Positions 1-11,342 of a stretch of DNA of 54,534 nt are shown here, piece after piece; the first letter of the stretch is position 1, and every line of letters begins with the position of its first letter. The notes beneath the pieces were generated by a model. That model saw only the letters and a list, made by a program, of their open reading frames with translations, ran no database searches and was not told the DNA's origin. The position numbers and the translations under genes are program-made. The DNA is from Smithella sp. (GTDB lineage Bacteria > Desulfobacterota > Syntrophia > Syntrophales > Smithellaceae): assembly GCA_050011015.1 (NCBI GenBank), contig JBEKJX010000002.1, positions 1 to 54,534 on the forward strand, read 5' to 3'.

Positions 1-2267
1 CCGGTAATTTTTCTCTGCGTGATATGGACAAGGATGATCCCCTGCTGGAAGCAAACGCCGTTACTTCCAATTTTTCCTTTAAAGAAGTCCGGTCTTATGT
101 TCCATGGGGAATTATTCCGGGCGGTGTCGGCGATTTTATCGAGGAGCACATCAAGGATGGGAATTTCCGGCTGGTCGAGGGGAAACTGATCGGACGACTG
201 AGCCAGATAGAAAATATATTGAAACCGGAAAATGCCGGTATTCTTACCATCCGGGGCGTGGCCGATAATGCCGTTTTTGCGCCGGGAGGCTCGTCGCCTG
301 TCTTTCACGACATTAACGGTAAACTGGAACTGATAAACAGACAGTTTATGCTCAAGGGAGTGAAGGCGCGTTTCGGCGCTTCGCCCTGCACGGTGGAAGG
401 AGCCATTTCCGATTTCGGCCGGCCGGGGCCGTCTATTTACGTCGTGAACATGAACCTTATCCCCACGCGGGATGAACTTCTGTGGCTTTTCGGAAAAGAT
501 ACATTACGCGATTTAAAATATAACCCCTCTTCAGTTCTTTATTTATCGGCGCAGGGTCCGGATGATCATTTTGATATAAAGGCCAAATGGGATCTGGCGA
601 ATAACAATTATGCCTATAGTGATCTTCTGGAAAAACCGCAGGGAAGACCCAATCAGATTTATGCTGAAATTATAATTAATAAGGGTGGTTTTTTAATCCC
701 TTCTTTTGAATATGATCTTCCGCCGTTCGTTGTAAGCGGAAAGGTTATGATTCCCTTCAAAGGCAAAAGTCCTCTGACTGTTAATGTCGGCTCAAAGGCG
801 TTTAATATTCATGAAGCAGTCGGGGTTTTGCCGGGCCTTCGGAAGCTTGATCCGGCGGGAACGGGTCTCGTCGCTCTGACCGGTCGGGGAAATCTGGAAG
901 ATATTCCTTTCCTTCAATGGAAGGGAAGTTTGTCTCTGACCAATGTTTCCTTGAAGCCTTCGGGCGGCATCAGGCCCGTGAAGGGATTGACGGGGAATGC
1001 CCTTTTCCAGGGTAATAGAATGTCCACATCGCTTTTCAAGGCCACCATCGGTGAAAGTCCCTTTCAAGCCAGATGCAGGGCCGATGATTTCCATCAGTTG
1101 AAAACCGCCTGTCAGTTTGATGCCGTGTCGTTAAAATCTGCCGATATCGGATTGCAGAGCCAGGAATTTTTCCGTGACATAAAAGGACAGGTGTACATCG
1201 AAGATAAACATGTCCGCGTGGACAGGCTGTCGTTCCGGTCGAGAAGATCTGTTTTCAACATGGCGGGAGATATCCGCGATTTTGACAATCCGAAGATTAA
1301 TATGACCCTGGTTTCGCCGTATATCAGATGGGATGATTTCGCCGGCCTTATAGCCATGAAGAAGTATCCGAAGCTGAGGCCGGGCGAAAAATCCTCCTCC
1401 AATTCCAATATGGAACTGAACGCGGTTCTGCGCGTGGACGCGGGCGTGTTCAATGATATCGATTTTAAAAAATTAAGCGCTGCCTTGAAATATAATAGAG
1501 GAATCCTGAACATCGAAACACTGGAAGCCGGTGTGTTTGACGGTAATCTTAAAACAAAGGGCAGGGTGGATATTCGTCCCGACGCTCCGAACCGTTACGC
1601 ATTCAATTTCTCCATGGACAGGCTGTCGCTCGAAAAGCTTCAGAATTATATCAAATTTGGAAACCGATTTTTTACCGGCAACATGTCGCTTACGGGAGAT
1701 ATAGCCGCTATCGGCAGCAATGCCGACGATTTCAAAAAAACGGCCGTGGGGACATTTAAACTCCGGGCGGAAAAGGGAACTCTAAAGAGGTTTTCCGTCC
1801 TTTCCAAGATATTCTCCATTCTCAATATCTATCAATTGTTTAAATTCCAGCTACCCGATATGGCCTCAAATGGAATGCCCTATAATTCTATTACCGCCGA
1901 TGCGACTCTCAGGGACGGTATCCTGTCCTGGGACGATTTATTCATGGACAGCGATGCCATGCAGTTTTCCAGCAAAGGTAAAATCGATCTGGTCAAAAAC
2001 GAGATAGATGATATCATCGGCATTCATCCGCTGCATACCATTGACAAAATCGTGTCGAAAATTCCCATCGCGGGATGGCTTGTTACCGACGACAAGGGCA
2101 ACCTGATTACCGTCCATTTCAAGGTTGAAGGAAAACTGGATGACCCGAAGGTCAATCTCATCCCGGTGCAGTCCATTGCCAAAGGAACTGAAGATATGTT
2201 CCTGCGGCTTTTTCAACTGCCGGGGAAACTTATCACGAATACCGGAGACGTTATTCTGGGACATTAG
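1..2267 (+). CDS. AsmA/YhdP-like envelope protein, C-terminal part. The frame is open to the left edge of the window, so the gene is 5'-truncated here.
   Basis: The frame containing ATG 24 has no stop back to nt 3. The long beta-rich sequence ends in ...KGNLITVHFKVEGKLDDPKVNLIPVQS, typical of AsmA/TamB/YhdP-family C-termini. Confidence 0.6.
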   Translation, partial: GNFSLRDMDKDDPLLEANAVTSNFSFKEVRSYVPWGIIPGGVGDFIEEHIKDGNFRLVEGKLIGRLSQIENILKPENAGILTIRGVADNAVFAPGGSSPVFHDINGKLELINRQFMLKGVKARFGASPCTVEGAISDFGRPGPSIYVVNMNLIPTRDELLWLFGKDTLRDLKYNPSSVLYLSAQGPDDHFDIKAKWDLANNNYAYSDLLEKPQGRPNQIYAEIIINKGGFLIPSFEYDLPPFVVSGKVMIPFKGKSPLTVNVGSKAFNIHEAVGVLPGLRKLDPAGTGLVALTGRGNLEDIPFLQWKGSLSLTNVSLKPSGGIRPVKGLTGNALFQGNRMSTSLFKATIGESPFQARCRADDFHQLKTACQFDAVSLKSADIGLQSQEFFRDIKGQVYIEDKHVRVDRLSFRSRRSVFNMAGDIRDFDNPKINMTLVSPYIRWDDFAGLIAMKKYPKLRPGEKSSSNSNMELNAVLRVDAGVFNDIDFKKLSAALKYNRGILNIETLEAGVFDGNLKTKGRVDIRPDAPNRYAFNFSMDRLSLEKLQNYIKFGNRFFTGNMSLTGDIAAIGSNADDFKKTAVGTFKLRAEKGTLKRFSVLSKIFSILNIYQLFKFQLPDMASNGMPYNSITADATLRDGILSWDDLFMDSDAMQFSSKGKIDLVKNEIDDIIGIHPLHTIDKIVSKIPIAGWLVTDDKGNLITVHFKVEGKLDDPKVNLIPVQSIAKGTEDMFLRLFQLPGKLITNTGDVILGH

Positions 2268-2337
2268 AAGTGTTTTTCTGTAGCGTATCACGCATACTTT
2301 AAACGGAATGACACAATATTTTGCAGCCAGGATCCCA

Positions 2338-2366
2338 TTGACATAACAGTCTGTAATTATTATAAT
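2338..2366 (+). promoter_or_regulatory. Sigma70-type promoter, TTGACA-17 nt-TATAAT
   Basis: Both hexamers are perfect consensus with a 17-nt spacer. The site lies about 145 nt upstream of the first ATPase ORF. Confidence 0.6.
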
Positions 2367-2510
2367 ATAGTTAAGGAAAGTTCTTATATATGAAGCACGT
2401 GGAGCGGGTCTTCAGACCCGCTGAAGATAAGCGAACCTGAATGCTCGTACTACAGGTTTTTCAAACCGTGCGAAAAGAAACGCTCAACAATTAGCCAGGC
2501 TAAACTTTGG

Positions 2511-2828
2511 GTGGCGGATATGGATGAAGTGATCACCCGGATTGTTGAAATTGAAAAGCAGTGCTCTGCCGATGTTGAGCAGGCCAGGCTTGAGTACGAA
2601 AAAAATGTTGAAGCTCACAAACGCGTTCTGGAAGAAAAGAAAACAAGCGAACGCGCCCGGATTATATCCATAGAAAATACCAGACTGACAAAGGCCGTTG
2701 AGGAAGCAAAAGAAAAGACAGAGGCTGCCACTGCCGCCGTCCTGAAGCAAAGCGAAAGCCGTCTTCATGACCCGGCGCTGAGCGAGGCGATAAAAAAAGA
2801 TATAATTTCCATCCTTCTTGCGAGTTAA
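2511..2828 (+). CDS. V/A-type ATPase peripheral-stalk subunit (G/H-like coiled coil)
   Basis: Small E/K/A-rich helical protein placed first in the ATPase operon. The start is ambiguous (GTG 2511 or ATG 2520). Confidence 0.5.
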   Translation: MADMDEVITRIVEIEKQCSADVEQARLEYEKNVEAHKRVLEEKKTSERARIISIENTRLTKAVEEAKEKTEAATAAVLKQSESRLHDPALSEAIKKDIISILLAS

Positions 2829-2834
2829 GGAATT

Positions 2835-3776
2835 ATGCGAAATTATGCTGATGAAGCTTATCTTCATGCCCGTATTTACGCCATGAGAGGCCGTCTCCTT
2901 TCTTTGCGGGATTACGCCTCGATGCTCAGGGAGCAGCAGGCGGCTGCTTTCCCGCCGCGCGATCTGATCGAAGCCAGGGAAAATATTTTCCGGGAGCAGA
3001 TCGCCCCTGTCATTGCGATTGCCGGGGCATACGATAAATATGCGCCGCTTTTTCGCGCCTGCCTTCGTCAATTTGAAATCCACAACGCGAAGATCCTTCT
3101 GGCAAAGGCCTATGGCAAAAAAAGCCTGGAGCAGTGGTATGATATCGGTCCCTTTGCCACTCTGGAAAAGGAACTGCTGGAGAAAAACCTGCCGCCTGAT
3201 GAAATAAAACCGCTCATCGCCAAAATCTTTCCGGAGATTGATCTCAAAGATTTACGGGGGTATCTGCGGATGGAGATTAATCTGGATATCAGCGCGGCCC
3301 GCGGCCTTTATAATTCATCGGATGCGCTTTCCGGCGAGGCCAGGAAAGAATTTCAGGAAATGGTTCTGAGGCGTGTGGCGGTGTTGACGGTTATCTGGTC
3401 CTACAGGCTTAAATTTTATTATCACTTGAGCGATGAACAGATTCGTTCACATCTCTCGAAATTTAATAAGCTGTTCAGCGTCAACGCGCAGTCTCAGGTG
3501 AGGATTGTGGAGGAGGAGCAAAACCGGCATTTGGAACAGATACGCAAAAGCGGCGGAGGAGAACCGTCTGTGGTTGATATCGAGCGCCATCTTGAACAGA
3601 GTTATTACGTCTGGGTTTCATCCATGTTTCACAAGGATTTCTATTCCATTTACTGTGTCGTTGCCTATTTGTGGCTGCTCTTTTATCAGATCAAAAACCT
3701 GTTTCGCATTGTCGACGGCCGGCGTTTCGGAATGTCTGACGAAGCGATCCTGAATACAATAATATGTGACCGGTGA
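2835..3776 (+). CDS. atpC: V/A-type ATPase subunit C (V0 d / AC39 family)
   Basis: The N-terminus YLHARIYAMRGRLLSLRDY matches the AC39-type motif. Length is about 310 aa and the gene sits in the operon. Confidence 0.7.
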   Translation: MRNYADEAYLHARIYAMRGRLLSLRDYASMLREQQAAAFPPRDLIEARENIFREQIAPVIAIAGAYDKYAPLFRACLRQFEIHNAKILLAKAYGKKSLEQWYDIGPFATLEKELLEKNLPPDEIKPLIAKIFPEIDLKDLRGYLRMEINLDISAARGLYNSSDALSGEARKEFQEMVLRRVAVLTVIWSYRLKFYYHLSDEQIRSHLSKFNKLFSVNAQSQVRIVEEEQNRHLEQIRKSGGGEPSVVDIERHLEQSYYVWVSSMFHKDFYSIYCVVAYLWLLFYQIKNLFRIVDGRRFGMSDEAILNTIICDR

Positions 3777-5668
3777 GGGCGATGTTTGTAAAATCGGATA
3801 TACGCAAAATTACGATTGCCCTGGAAAAGGTTTTCTACTCCGAAGTGTATTTCGCGCTGGGCAGGGCGGGAATCATTCATCTGTCCCGTTTTCCTCAAGG
3901 CGATTCAGGAGCGGATAGCGGGCTGCAGGATGAGGAAGCTCTGACCAGGGATATTGTAGAGGGAACGGAGTATGCCCTGAACGCTCTGCAAATTTCTTCT
4001 GCGGAGGCTGAATCATCCCTGCCGGTTGCCGATAAAAGCAAAGATGCGGCGTTTGTCGCGAAGACAAAAAAGATCATCGGACGGGCAGTGAGGCTGCAGG
4101 CAAAGATTCGGGGCGCCCGGGAGGTTGCTGCCCGGCATTTAGAATATATTGATGTTTTGGGTCAGATGGGCATCGATCCGTCCATGATCAAAAAAGCCCG
4201 GCTTGCTGAAATTGTTTTCGGCACGGTGGAAAATGCAGTGGGGGATATTCCGTCTGACGGTCGCTTTAGGCTTGCGGCTGCAGGCAACTATGTGTGCGGT
4301 ATTGCTTTGGCCGCGGATTTACCGGCGATGATCCGGTTTCTGAAAGACTACGGGTTTACGGACAAATCAGACGATGTATGTCCTGCGCTCCCGGAAAATC
4401 TGAAAAAACGAATGGAGAATCTGAGGCGGCGTGAAGAAATTATTGAAAAATACTTGAATCGCCTGAAAGATGAAAGCGGGCGGGAACTCCAAGCATTAAG
4501 CAGCGCTTATCGCGCCTATGAGGAAATGCTGAAAGTAATGCGCATGTCGCTATTTTCCGCCCGGGCTTTGTTTATCACGGGATGGATGGAGATAAAGAAC
4601 AGGGAACAATTGCTTACGATCCTGAGGGGTATTTGCGGCAACAGGTTTATCTTCTCCGAGCGCAAAGACCCGGACGCGCCGGTGCGTCTGCTGAATATGC
4701 GGCTTTTCAAGCCTTTCGAGCTTCTGGTGAAAACAATGGGCATGCCATCCAACCGGGAAATTGATCCCACGCCGCTTGCCGCCATCACCTTTGTTCTTAT
4801 GTTCGGCCTCATGTTTGGCGATCTCGGCCAGGGACTGGTGATTGTGCTTTGCGGCATACTCCTGAAGAAGTACGGCCGGAAAAAGGCGAAAGAAGAACTG
4901 GCGCAGGCGGCAGGAATCCTGATTGCCTGCGGACTTTCCGCCGCCGTCTGCGGCCTGCTCTACGGCAGTGTGTTTTCCAGCGAGCGTATAATACCTGCGT
5001 TTTGGTTTCAGCCGACGCAGCATATTATGAAACTGTTTGCCATGACCATCCTGATGGGAATCGTGTTCATTCTGATCGGTCTTTTTATTAACATAATCAA
5101 CAGTATCCTTAACGCGGACTATACCGAAGCGCTCCTGGAAAAGCGGGGTCTCGCCATTCTTATCACTTATGCGTTCGTCGTGCTTGCCGCTGTAAATTTT
5201 CAAACCGGCGGAAGGCTTCCCGTGATGTGGGCGATTAGCGCTTTTGTCATCCTGCCCCTGATCCTTTTTTCCCTGAGGGGCGTTCTTGGTCCTGTGCTTT
5301 TTCAGAGTGCAAAACCTGAAAGCATTTCGGAATATATCATTGAAACAGTCATGGACATTGTGGAGATCGCCTTGAGCATGTTTGCCAACACGATATCATT
5401 TATCAGAGTGGGAGCGTTCGCGCTTTCGCATGCAGGCTTAAGCATTGTGACCTATACGCTTGCCGGCATGGCCGATCCCTCCATGAAATCCGTTGGAGCC
5501 TTCACCATCATTGTCATCGGAAATATCTTTATCATCGGTTTTGAAGGTTTGATCTGCGGTATTCAATCATTGCGTCTTGAATACTATGAATTTTTCGGTA
5601 AATTTTTCCAGGGGGAGGGGGTTGTGTTTGCTCCTTTTACGTTAAAAATTAAGGCGTCGGAGGTTTAA
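3773..5668 (+). CDS. atpI: V/A-type ATPase subunit I (a subunit, stator/proton channel)
   Basis: About 300 aa of soluble N-terminal domain followed by a multi-TM C-terminal half. GTG 3773 overlaps the upstream TGA (GTGA); ATG 3782 is an alternative start. Confidence 0.8.
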   Translation: MRAMFVKSDIRKITIALEKVFYSEVYFALGRAGIIHLSRFPQGDSGADSGLQDEEALTRDIVEGTEYALNALQISSAEAESSLPVADKSKDAAFVAKTKKIIGRAVRLQAKIRGAREVAARHLEYIDVLGQMGIDPSMIKKARLAEIVFGTVENAVGDIPSDGRFRLAAAGNYVCGIALAADLPAMIRFLKDYGFTDKSDDVCPALPENLKKRMENLRRREEIIEKYLNRLKDESGRELQALSSAYRAYEEMLKVMRMSLFSARALFITGWMEIKNREQLLTILRGICGNRFIFSERKDPDAPVRLLNMRLFKPFELLVKTMGMPSNREIDPTPLAAITFVLMFGLMFGDLGQGLVIVLCGILLKKYGRKKAKEELAQAAGILIACGLSAAVCGLLYGSVFSSERIIPAFWFQPTQHIMKLFAMTILMGIVFILIGLFINIINSILNADYTEALLEKRGLAILITYAFVVLAAVNFQTGGRLPVMWAISAFVILPLILFSLRGVLGPVLFQSAKPESISEYIIETVMDIVEIALSMFANTISFIRVGAFALSHAGLSIVTYTLAGMADPSMKSVGAFTIIVIGNIFIIGFEGLICGIQSLRLEYYEFFGKFFQGEGVVFAPFTLKIKASEV

Positions 5669-5669
5669 A

Positions 5670-6002
5670 ATGACCAGAAAAAAGTTGTCAGGTTTTTTAG
5701 GATTCGCGGTGATCGCCGGATCCGTGTGGCTTCTTCTTCCGCAGTTTATTTATGCTGCCGGAGTGGAGCCGGCAAAGGCGGGAGCGGACTGGATGGGACT
5801 GGCCTACATAGGAGCCGGGCTGGCCGTGGGATTGGCCTGTCTCGCCAGCGGCATTGCCGTTGCCAGAATAGGATCGGCTGCCATTGGCGCGGTAAGCGAG
5901 AAGCCGGAACTTATGGGAAGAACATTGGTTTTCCTCGGTCTGGCTGAAGGGATCGCAATTTACGGCCTGATAATCGCCATCATGATTATTAATAAATTAT
6001 AA
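5670..6002 (+). CDS. atpK: V/A-type ATPase proteolipid subunit K (c), with a signal-like N-terminal extension
   Basis: Helical hairpin carrying the carboxylate in GLAEGIAIYG and the loop AVSEKPE. SD GGAGG lies upstream. Confidence 0.8.
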   Translation: MTRKKLSGFLGFAVIAGSVWLLLPQFIYAAGVEPAKAGADWMGLAYIGAGLAVGLACLASGIAVARIGSAAIGAVSEKPELMGRTLVFLGLAEGIAIYGLIIAIMIINKL

Positions 6003-6003
6003 T

Positions 6004-6309
6004 ATGGAAAAAATTTATATCATCGGGGACATGCATACCGTAAGCGCTTTTCGCCTCTCCGGGGTGGAAGGCGTGGAGGCCGCACCTGTTGATGCTTCGG
6101 CAAGACTCGAAGAGATCATCGGTAAAAAGGATGCCGGCATCATACTGATGACGAACGATCTGACCCATGATCTTCAAGAGCGGATAAGAGAGATCAACCT
6201 CAATATGCCAAGCCCCGTGATCATCGAAATCCCCGGCATTGACGATGCGGAAGGGTTTTGCAGATCGTCGATGAGTTATATATCCGAAGCGTTAGGAATA
6301 TCTTTGTAA
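6004..6309 (+). CDS. atpF: V/A-type ATPase subunit F
   Basis: About 100 aa. The N-terminus KIYIIGDMHTVSAFRLSGV is typical of subunit F. Confidence 0.7.
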   Translation: MEKIYIIGDMHTVSAFRLSGVEGVEAAPVDASARLEEIIGKKDAGIILMTNDLTHDLQERIREINLNMPSPVIIEIPGIDDAEGFCRSSMSYISEALGISL

Positions 6310-6318
6310 GGATTGGAT

Positions 6319-6939
6319 ATGGACAACACAACACTGGAAAATTCCATTCGGGAAGAATCCGCGCTGGCCATCGCCGCCATCAGAGAAAAAGAAGCTCTGG
6401 AGATCAGGCAGCTCGACGGGATTTATACCGCCGAAATGGAGAGCTTCACAAAGCAGATCGAAGCCGAAACAGAAACACGCCTTCAGCAGGAACTCTCCAT
6501 ACTGGAAAACAGGGCTGTCCTTGAGCGCCGTAAACTCGATCTCCGGGGCGTGGAGCAGTTTATCAACCGCATTGTCGGTGAGGTTGTGAAAGAGATACGA
6601 AACAATCCGCTTTACAAACAATTTCTGATTGATGCGGTATGCGGCGCTGTGAAACAAATTACAACCGGCCTGGAAATAAGAATCAACCCTGAAGACCTCT
6701 CTTTCGAAAAGGAAATCCTCGCGGCCATTGAGGCCACAGGCCGGAATCCGAATATAGTCATTAAAGGAGACCCGGGCATTTTGTGGGGCGGATGCATCAT
6801 ATGGGATGAGGCGGGAGGCCGCATCTTCAACAACACGATAGAAAGAATTTCCTTCAGGAAATCTCTTTTAATTCGTCAAAAGGTCATGGCGATTCTGATG
6901 GAGCAATCAGGCAATGAACGGGAACCGGTTATAAAATAG
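6319..6939 (+). CDS. atpE: V/A-type ATPase subunit E
   Basis: N-terminal coiled coil plus a C-terminal globular domain. ATG 6319, preceded by AAGGA, is preferred over TTG 6313. Confidence 0.65.
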   Translation: MDNTTLENSIREESALAIAAIREKEALEIRQLDGIYTAEMESFTKQIEAETETRLQQELSILENRAVLERRKLDLRGVEQFINRIVGEVVKEIRNNPLYKQFLIDAVCGAVKQITTGLEIRINPEDLSFEKEILAAIEATGRNPNIVIKGDPGILWGGCIIWDEAGGRIFNNTIERISFRKSLLIRQKVMAILMEQSGNEREPVIK

Positions 6940-6953
6940 TTGAACCCTGAGGC

Positions 6954-8732
6954 GTGAATGTGGACAAGGTATTGACAGGAAAAGTAATCGCGGTAAACGG
7001 TCCTATTGTCAAGGCAGTGGGGCTTGCCGGAATAAGAATGTATGATATTGCCGAGGTGGGCTCCGACCATCTTATCGGCGAAGTTATCAGGCTTGTTAAT
7101 GAGGTCACCATCATTCAGGTCTATGAGGACAACACCGGCCTTAAACCGGGTGACAGCGTAATTTCCTATGGTCGGCCGCTTTCCGTTCTTCTGGGGCCGG
7201 GTCTTATTGCCAATATCTACGACGGCATTCAACGTCCGCTGGTCGGCATATCTTTAGTGTGCGGAAGTTATATAAGGAAGGGGATAAAATTATCCCCGCT
7301 GGATATCAGTAAAAAATGGGATTTACAGCCGCTGGTGAAAGCCGGTGCCGACATTAACGAGGGGACTATCGTGGGAGAGATACAGGAGAGTCCGCTTGTT
7401 GTGCACCGGGTGGTTGTCCCCCCGGGGATTTCCGGAAGATTGACCCGGATTGTCCCGGCCGGAGCCTACACGATAGAGGATGAAATTTATACGATTGATA
7501 CGGGTACAGGCGTTTACAACGGTAAGCTTGCCGTGTTTTGGCCGGTGCGCAAGCCGCGTCCCAGTAAAAACCGGAAGAAACCTTTCGTGCCTCTGATCAC
7601 GGGACAGAGAGTCATTGACACATTTTTCCCCATCGCCCGTGGAGGCACCGCCGCCATTCCCGGAGGGTTCGGCACGGGGAAGACCATGACACAGCATGCT
7701 CTGGCGAAGTGGTGCAACGCTGATGTCATCATTCATATCGGCTGCGGCGAGCGCGGCAACGAGATGACGGATGTCCTCACCGAATTTCCGAAACTCATCG
7801 ATGAAAGAAACGGCAGGCCTTTGATCGAGCGTACAATCATGATTGCCAACACATCCAATATGCCGGTGCCCGCAAGGGAAGTAAGCATCTACACCGGTGT
7901 GACCATCGCGGAATACTACCGCGACATGGGATACAGCGTGGCGATAATGGCCGACTCCACTTCCCGCTGGGCGGAAGCCCTCAGGGAACTTGCGAGCCGC
8001 CTCGGCGACATGCCCGCCGAAGAAGGCTTCCCGCCGTATCTGGGTACAAGGCTTGCCGAATTCTACGAGAGGGCAGGCCTGGTGGAAACGCTCTCAGGCC
8101 GGGACGGCGATATCACCATTATCGGCGCGGTGTCTCCACCCGGCGGAGATTTTTCGGAGCCCGTCACACAGCATACTTCGAGATTTGTGCGGTGCTTCTG
8201 GGCGCTGGATAAGACGCTTGCCGACGCACGGCACTATCCGTCCATCAGCTGGATAGACAGCTACACCGAATACCTCATCGATATTGAAGATTGGTGGAAG
8301 AATCTCGACAATGATTGGCTGGCCACCAGAAATGAGGTCATGAATATTCTGCTGGAGGATCACCGGCTCGAACAGGTGGTGAAACTTGTGGGCAGCGACG
8401 CGCTGCCTCCCTCGGAGCAGTATATTCTTTTCTGCGCCGAGATGATCAAGAACGGCTTCCTGCAGCAGAACTCCTTTGATCCTCTGGATAAATTCTGCAA
8501 TCCCCAAAAGCAGATAAAGCTTCTGAAGTGCCTGCTTTATCTTTACAAAAAAGGCATGGAGCGGGTGCGTGAGGGCGTTCACGTCAAGGATATTGCCGCG
8601 CTTGATATTGTCTCGGAAATCGTGCGGCTTAAATCCGAAATTCCGGATCAGGAACTGGAAAAGATTGACGAATATATGAAAAATCTGGAACAGGCGCTGG
8701 CGGAGCTGAAATCGCCATCACAAGGGGTATAA
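6954..8732 (+). CDS. atpA: V/A-type ATPase catalytic subunit A
   Basis: Walker A GGFGTGKT and a non-homologous insert typical of A subunits. Length is 592 aa. Confidence 0.95.
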   Translation: MNVDKVLTGKVIAVNGPIVKAVGLAGIRMYDIAEVGSDHLIGEVIRLVNEVTIIQVYEDNTGLKPGDSVISYGRPLSVLLGPGLIANIYDGIQRPLVGISLVCGSYIRKGIKLSPLDISKKWDLQPLVKAGADINEGTIVGEIQESPLVVHRVVVPPGISGRLTRIVPAGAYTIEDEIYTIDTGTGVYNGKLAVFWPVRKPRPSKNRKKPFVPLITGQRVIDTFFPIARGGTAAIPGGFGTGKTMTQHALAKWCNADVIIHIGCGERGNEMTDVLTEFPKLIDERNGRPLIERTIMIANTSNMPVPAREVSIYTGVTIAEYYRDMGYSVAIMADSTSRWAEALRELASRLGDMPAEEGFPPYLGTRLAEFYERAGLVETLSGRDGDITIIGAVSPPGGDFSEPVTQHTSRFVRCFWALDKTLADARHYPSISWIDSYTEYLIDIEDWWKNLDNDWLATRNEVMNILLEDHRLEQVVKLVGSDALPPSEQYILFCAEMIKNGFLQQNSFDPLDKFCNPQKQIKLLKCLLYLYKKGMERVREGVHVKDIAALDIVSEIVRLKSEIPDQELEKIDEYMKNLEQALAELKSPSQGV

Positions 8733-8733
8733 A

Positions 8734-10131
8734 ATGTCGGCGGAAATCGAATATACGAATCTTTCGGGAATATCCGGCCCATTGATTTTTGTTGATGGAA
8801 TCAGGGGCGTCGGCCTGGGCGATATCGTGGAGATACGCGATGCCGCAGGTCAGGTACGTGTCGGCCAGACGCTGGAAGTGGACGAACAAAGGGCTGTGGT
8901 GCAGGTGTTCGAAGGAACAAGCGGTCTTTCGGTGCAGGAAACGAGGGTCACCTTCGTGGGAAAGGCGCTGGAGATCCCTGTGGATCGCCACATGCTGGGA
9001 AGAGTGTTCGACGGCCTCGGAAGGCCGATTGACGGCGCACCACAGGTCATCACGGACAGGATGATGAATGTGAACGGCCTGCCGATAAATCCCTGGAGCA
9101 GGGAATATCCGCGGGATTTCATCCAGACGGGAATATCCGCGATTGACGGAATGAACACCCTTATCCGGGGCCAGAAGCTTCCCATATTTTCGGGCAGCGG
9201 CATGCCGCATAACCGCATTGCCGCCCAGATAGCGCGGCAGGCAAAAATTCTGACCGCCAAAGAAGAATTCACAGTCATCTTTGCCGCCATGGGAGTGAAA
9301 TTCGACGTGGCCAGATTCTTTATCGATTCCCTGGAAGAGTCGGGCGTTCTCACGCATTCTGCGATATTTTTAAGCCTTGCCGATTCGCCTTCCATCGAAC
9401 GCCTCGTCACGCCGCGTTCGGCGCTGACGCTGGCCGAGCACCTGGCCTTCGAAAAGGGGATGCACGTCCTCGTGATCCTGACGGATATGACCAATTACTG
9501 CGAGGCGCTCAGGGAACTTTCCAGTTCGCGCGGCGAGATACCGTCGCGCAAAGGTTATCCCGGTTATCTATACAGTGATCTGGCTTCCGTGTATGAACGC
9601 GCCGGAAGGCTCAAGGGGGGCAGGGGTTCCATCACCCAGGTGCCGATACTCACCATGCCCAGCGACGATATTTCCCATCCCGTGCCTGACCTGACCGGTT
9701 ACATCACCGAAGGCCAGATTGTGTTGGAGCGGGAGCTTTTCAACAAAGGAATTTATCCGCCCATTGCCGGTCTTCCTTCACTTTCCCGACTGATGAAGGA
9801 CGGAATAGGGGAGGGAAGAACGCGCAAGGATCACGGCCAGGTGGCCGCCCAACTTTTTGCCTCCTACGCGAAAGTCAAACGCATACGGGCGCTGGCGGCG
9901 ATTGTGGGAGAGGAAGAACTTTCCGAACTCGATAAGATTTATCTCAAATTCGGGAGCGCGTTTGAAGAAATATTTTTGCGCCAGGCTTACGAGGAGAATA
10001 GATCGATCGAGCAGACGCTCGATATCGGCTGGAAGATGCTCTCCCTGCTGCCCCGCGATGAACTGTATCGCATAGCCAGAGAGGATATCCAGAGATATTA
10101 TATGCCCCAGGCCCAAACGAAGGGAGAATAA
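8734..10131 (+). CDS. atpB: V/A-type ATPase subunit B
   Basis: Strong B-subunit signature (..[30 protein letters not shown]..). The gene follows A with a 1-nt gap. Confidence 0.95.
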   Translation: MSAEIEYTNLSGISGPLIFVDGIRGVGLGDIVEIRDAAGQVRVGQTLEVDEQRAVVQVFEGTSGLSVQETRVTFVGKALEIPVDRHMLGRVFDGLGRPIDGAPQVITDRMMNVNGLPINPWSREYPRDFIQTGISAIDGMNTLIRGQKLPIFSGSGMPHNRIAAQIARQAKILTAKEEFTVIFAAMGVKFDVARFFIDSLEESGVLTHSAIFLSLADSPSIERLVTPRSALTLAEHLAFEKGMHVLVILTDMTNYCEALRELSSSRGEIPSRKGYPGYLYSDLASVYERAGRLKGGRGSITQVPILTMPSDDISHPVPDLTGYITEGQIVLERELFNKGIYPPIAGLPSLSRLMKDGIGEGRTRKDHGQVAAQLFASYAKVKRIRALAAIVGEEELSELDKIYLKFGSAFEEIFLRQAYEENRSIEQTLDIGWKMLSLLPRDELYRIAREDIQRYYMPQAQTKGE

Positions 10132-10134
10132 GAA

Positions 10135-10749
10135 ATGCCGAAGATAGAACTTCCCCCGACAAAATCATCGCTCAGAAAACTCAAGGAAGACCTGGCTTTC
10201 GCCTATGAAGGCTACGACCTGCTCAACCAGAAACGGGAGATTCTGGCTATGGAAATTGTCCGCAAGATTGACGTTATTCGCAGGATCGAGGCCGAGTTTC
10301 AGGAGATTTTGAATAAGCTCTACGCGGCCTACCGCAAAGCCGCCGTTGACATGGGTTCCGAGGTCATCACCCTGCAAAGCGGCTTCGAAATGAGGAGCTA
10401 TTTTCTCCATATGGATTTTACAAAGCTTATGGGATTGAAGTTGTTGAATATCGGGCTCGATCTCAAAAATATTAATTTCGCGGTCACCCTGCCGCAAACG
10501 ACGGCTGTTTATGACGATGCGAAGGCGCAGTCAAGAAAGGCGCTTCAAGTGCTTGCCCAATACGCGACCGTCACGAAGTCCGTCATCATGCTGTCGAGGG
10601 AGTTAAAAAAGGTGCAGCGGCGCGTCAATGCCCTGGAGAAGATATTTATTCCTCAACGCGAGGAAGCGAAAAAGTATATCACGGACAGGATTGAGGAGAT
10701 GGAGCGCGAAGAGATCTTCGTCAAGAGGCTTATCCTGCAGCGTCAATAA
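10135..10749 (+). CDS. atpD: V/A-type ATPase central-stalk subunit D
   Basis: About 200 aa coiled-coil protein, PTKSSLRKLKEDLAFAYEGYDLL..., directly after B. Confidence 0.85.
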   Translation: MPKIELPPTKSSLRKLKEDLAFAYEGYDLLNQKREILAMEIVRKIDVIRRIEAEFQEILNKLYAAYRKAAVDMGSEVITLQSGFEMRSYFLHMDFTKLMGLKLLNIGLDLKNINFAVTLPQTTAVYDDAKAQSRKALQVLAQYATVTKSVIMLSRELKKVQRRVNALEKIFIPQREEAKKYITDRIEEMEREEIFVKRLILQRQ

Positions 10750-10824
10750 CCACGGGCAGGATGAGAGGATCGATTCAATTCATAAAATTCCGGCAAGTTA
10801 TTTTCAGAAGGAAAGGAGATTAAA

Positions 10825-11280
10825 ATGAAATCATACGCTGTTAAATATTTAGAGCTGGTAGAAAAACACGCGGACAAGATTGCGGCAAGATGGGTAAAGG
10901 ATGTCAAGAGTAATGACAAAACACCTACGTATAAAAATCTGGATGAACAGAAGATAATTTTTCAATGCGTCCGGTTTTATCAGAATTTCAGCAAGATGTT
11001 TCTTGATGAAAAAGTTACGGATGATGTATGCAGGTATTTTCGAAGCTATGCGCGGGAAAGTTACGCGATGGGCATTCCGGGGAAGGAGACTATTTACGCG
11101 CTGATACTGATGAGACGGCATATCTGGCTCTATGCCGAGTTTCAACTGATTTTCAGTTCGGGGATTGCCCAGCAGGAGGCTATGGACACCCTGAACCGCA
11201 CCATTCTGCTTTTTGATTACGCGGCTTACGAAGTGACCAGGGAATATCAGGAACTGATGAAGAAGGATGCGGCAAAATAA
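10825..11280 (+). CDS. Hypothetical soluble helical protein, probably co-transcribed with the ATPase operon
   Basis: Strong SD (AAAGGAG) 7 nt before the ATG. Same strand as atpD, 75 nt downstream, and followed by a hairpin at 11343-11366. Confidence 0.6.
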   Translation: MKSYAVKYLELVEKHADKIAARWVKDVKSNDKTPTYKNLDEQKIIFQCVRFYQNFSKMFLDEKVTDDVCRYFRSYARESYAMGIPGKETIYALILMRRHIWLYAEFQLIFSSGIAQQEAMDTLNRTILLFDYAAYEVTREYQELMKKDAAK

Positions 11281-11342
11281 ATTACACCAATTCCTAACTA
11301 ATGATTGGTTTCGGTAACTGCAATCAGCTGATATTAACCCTT

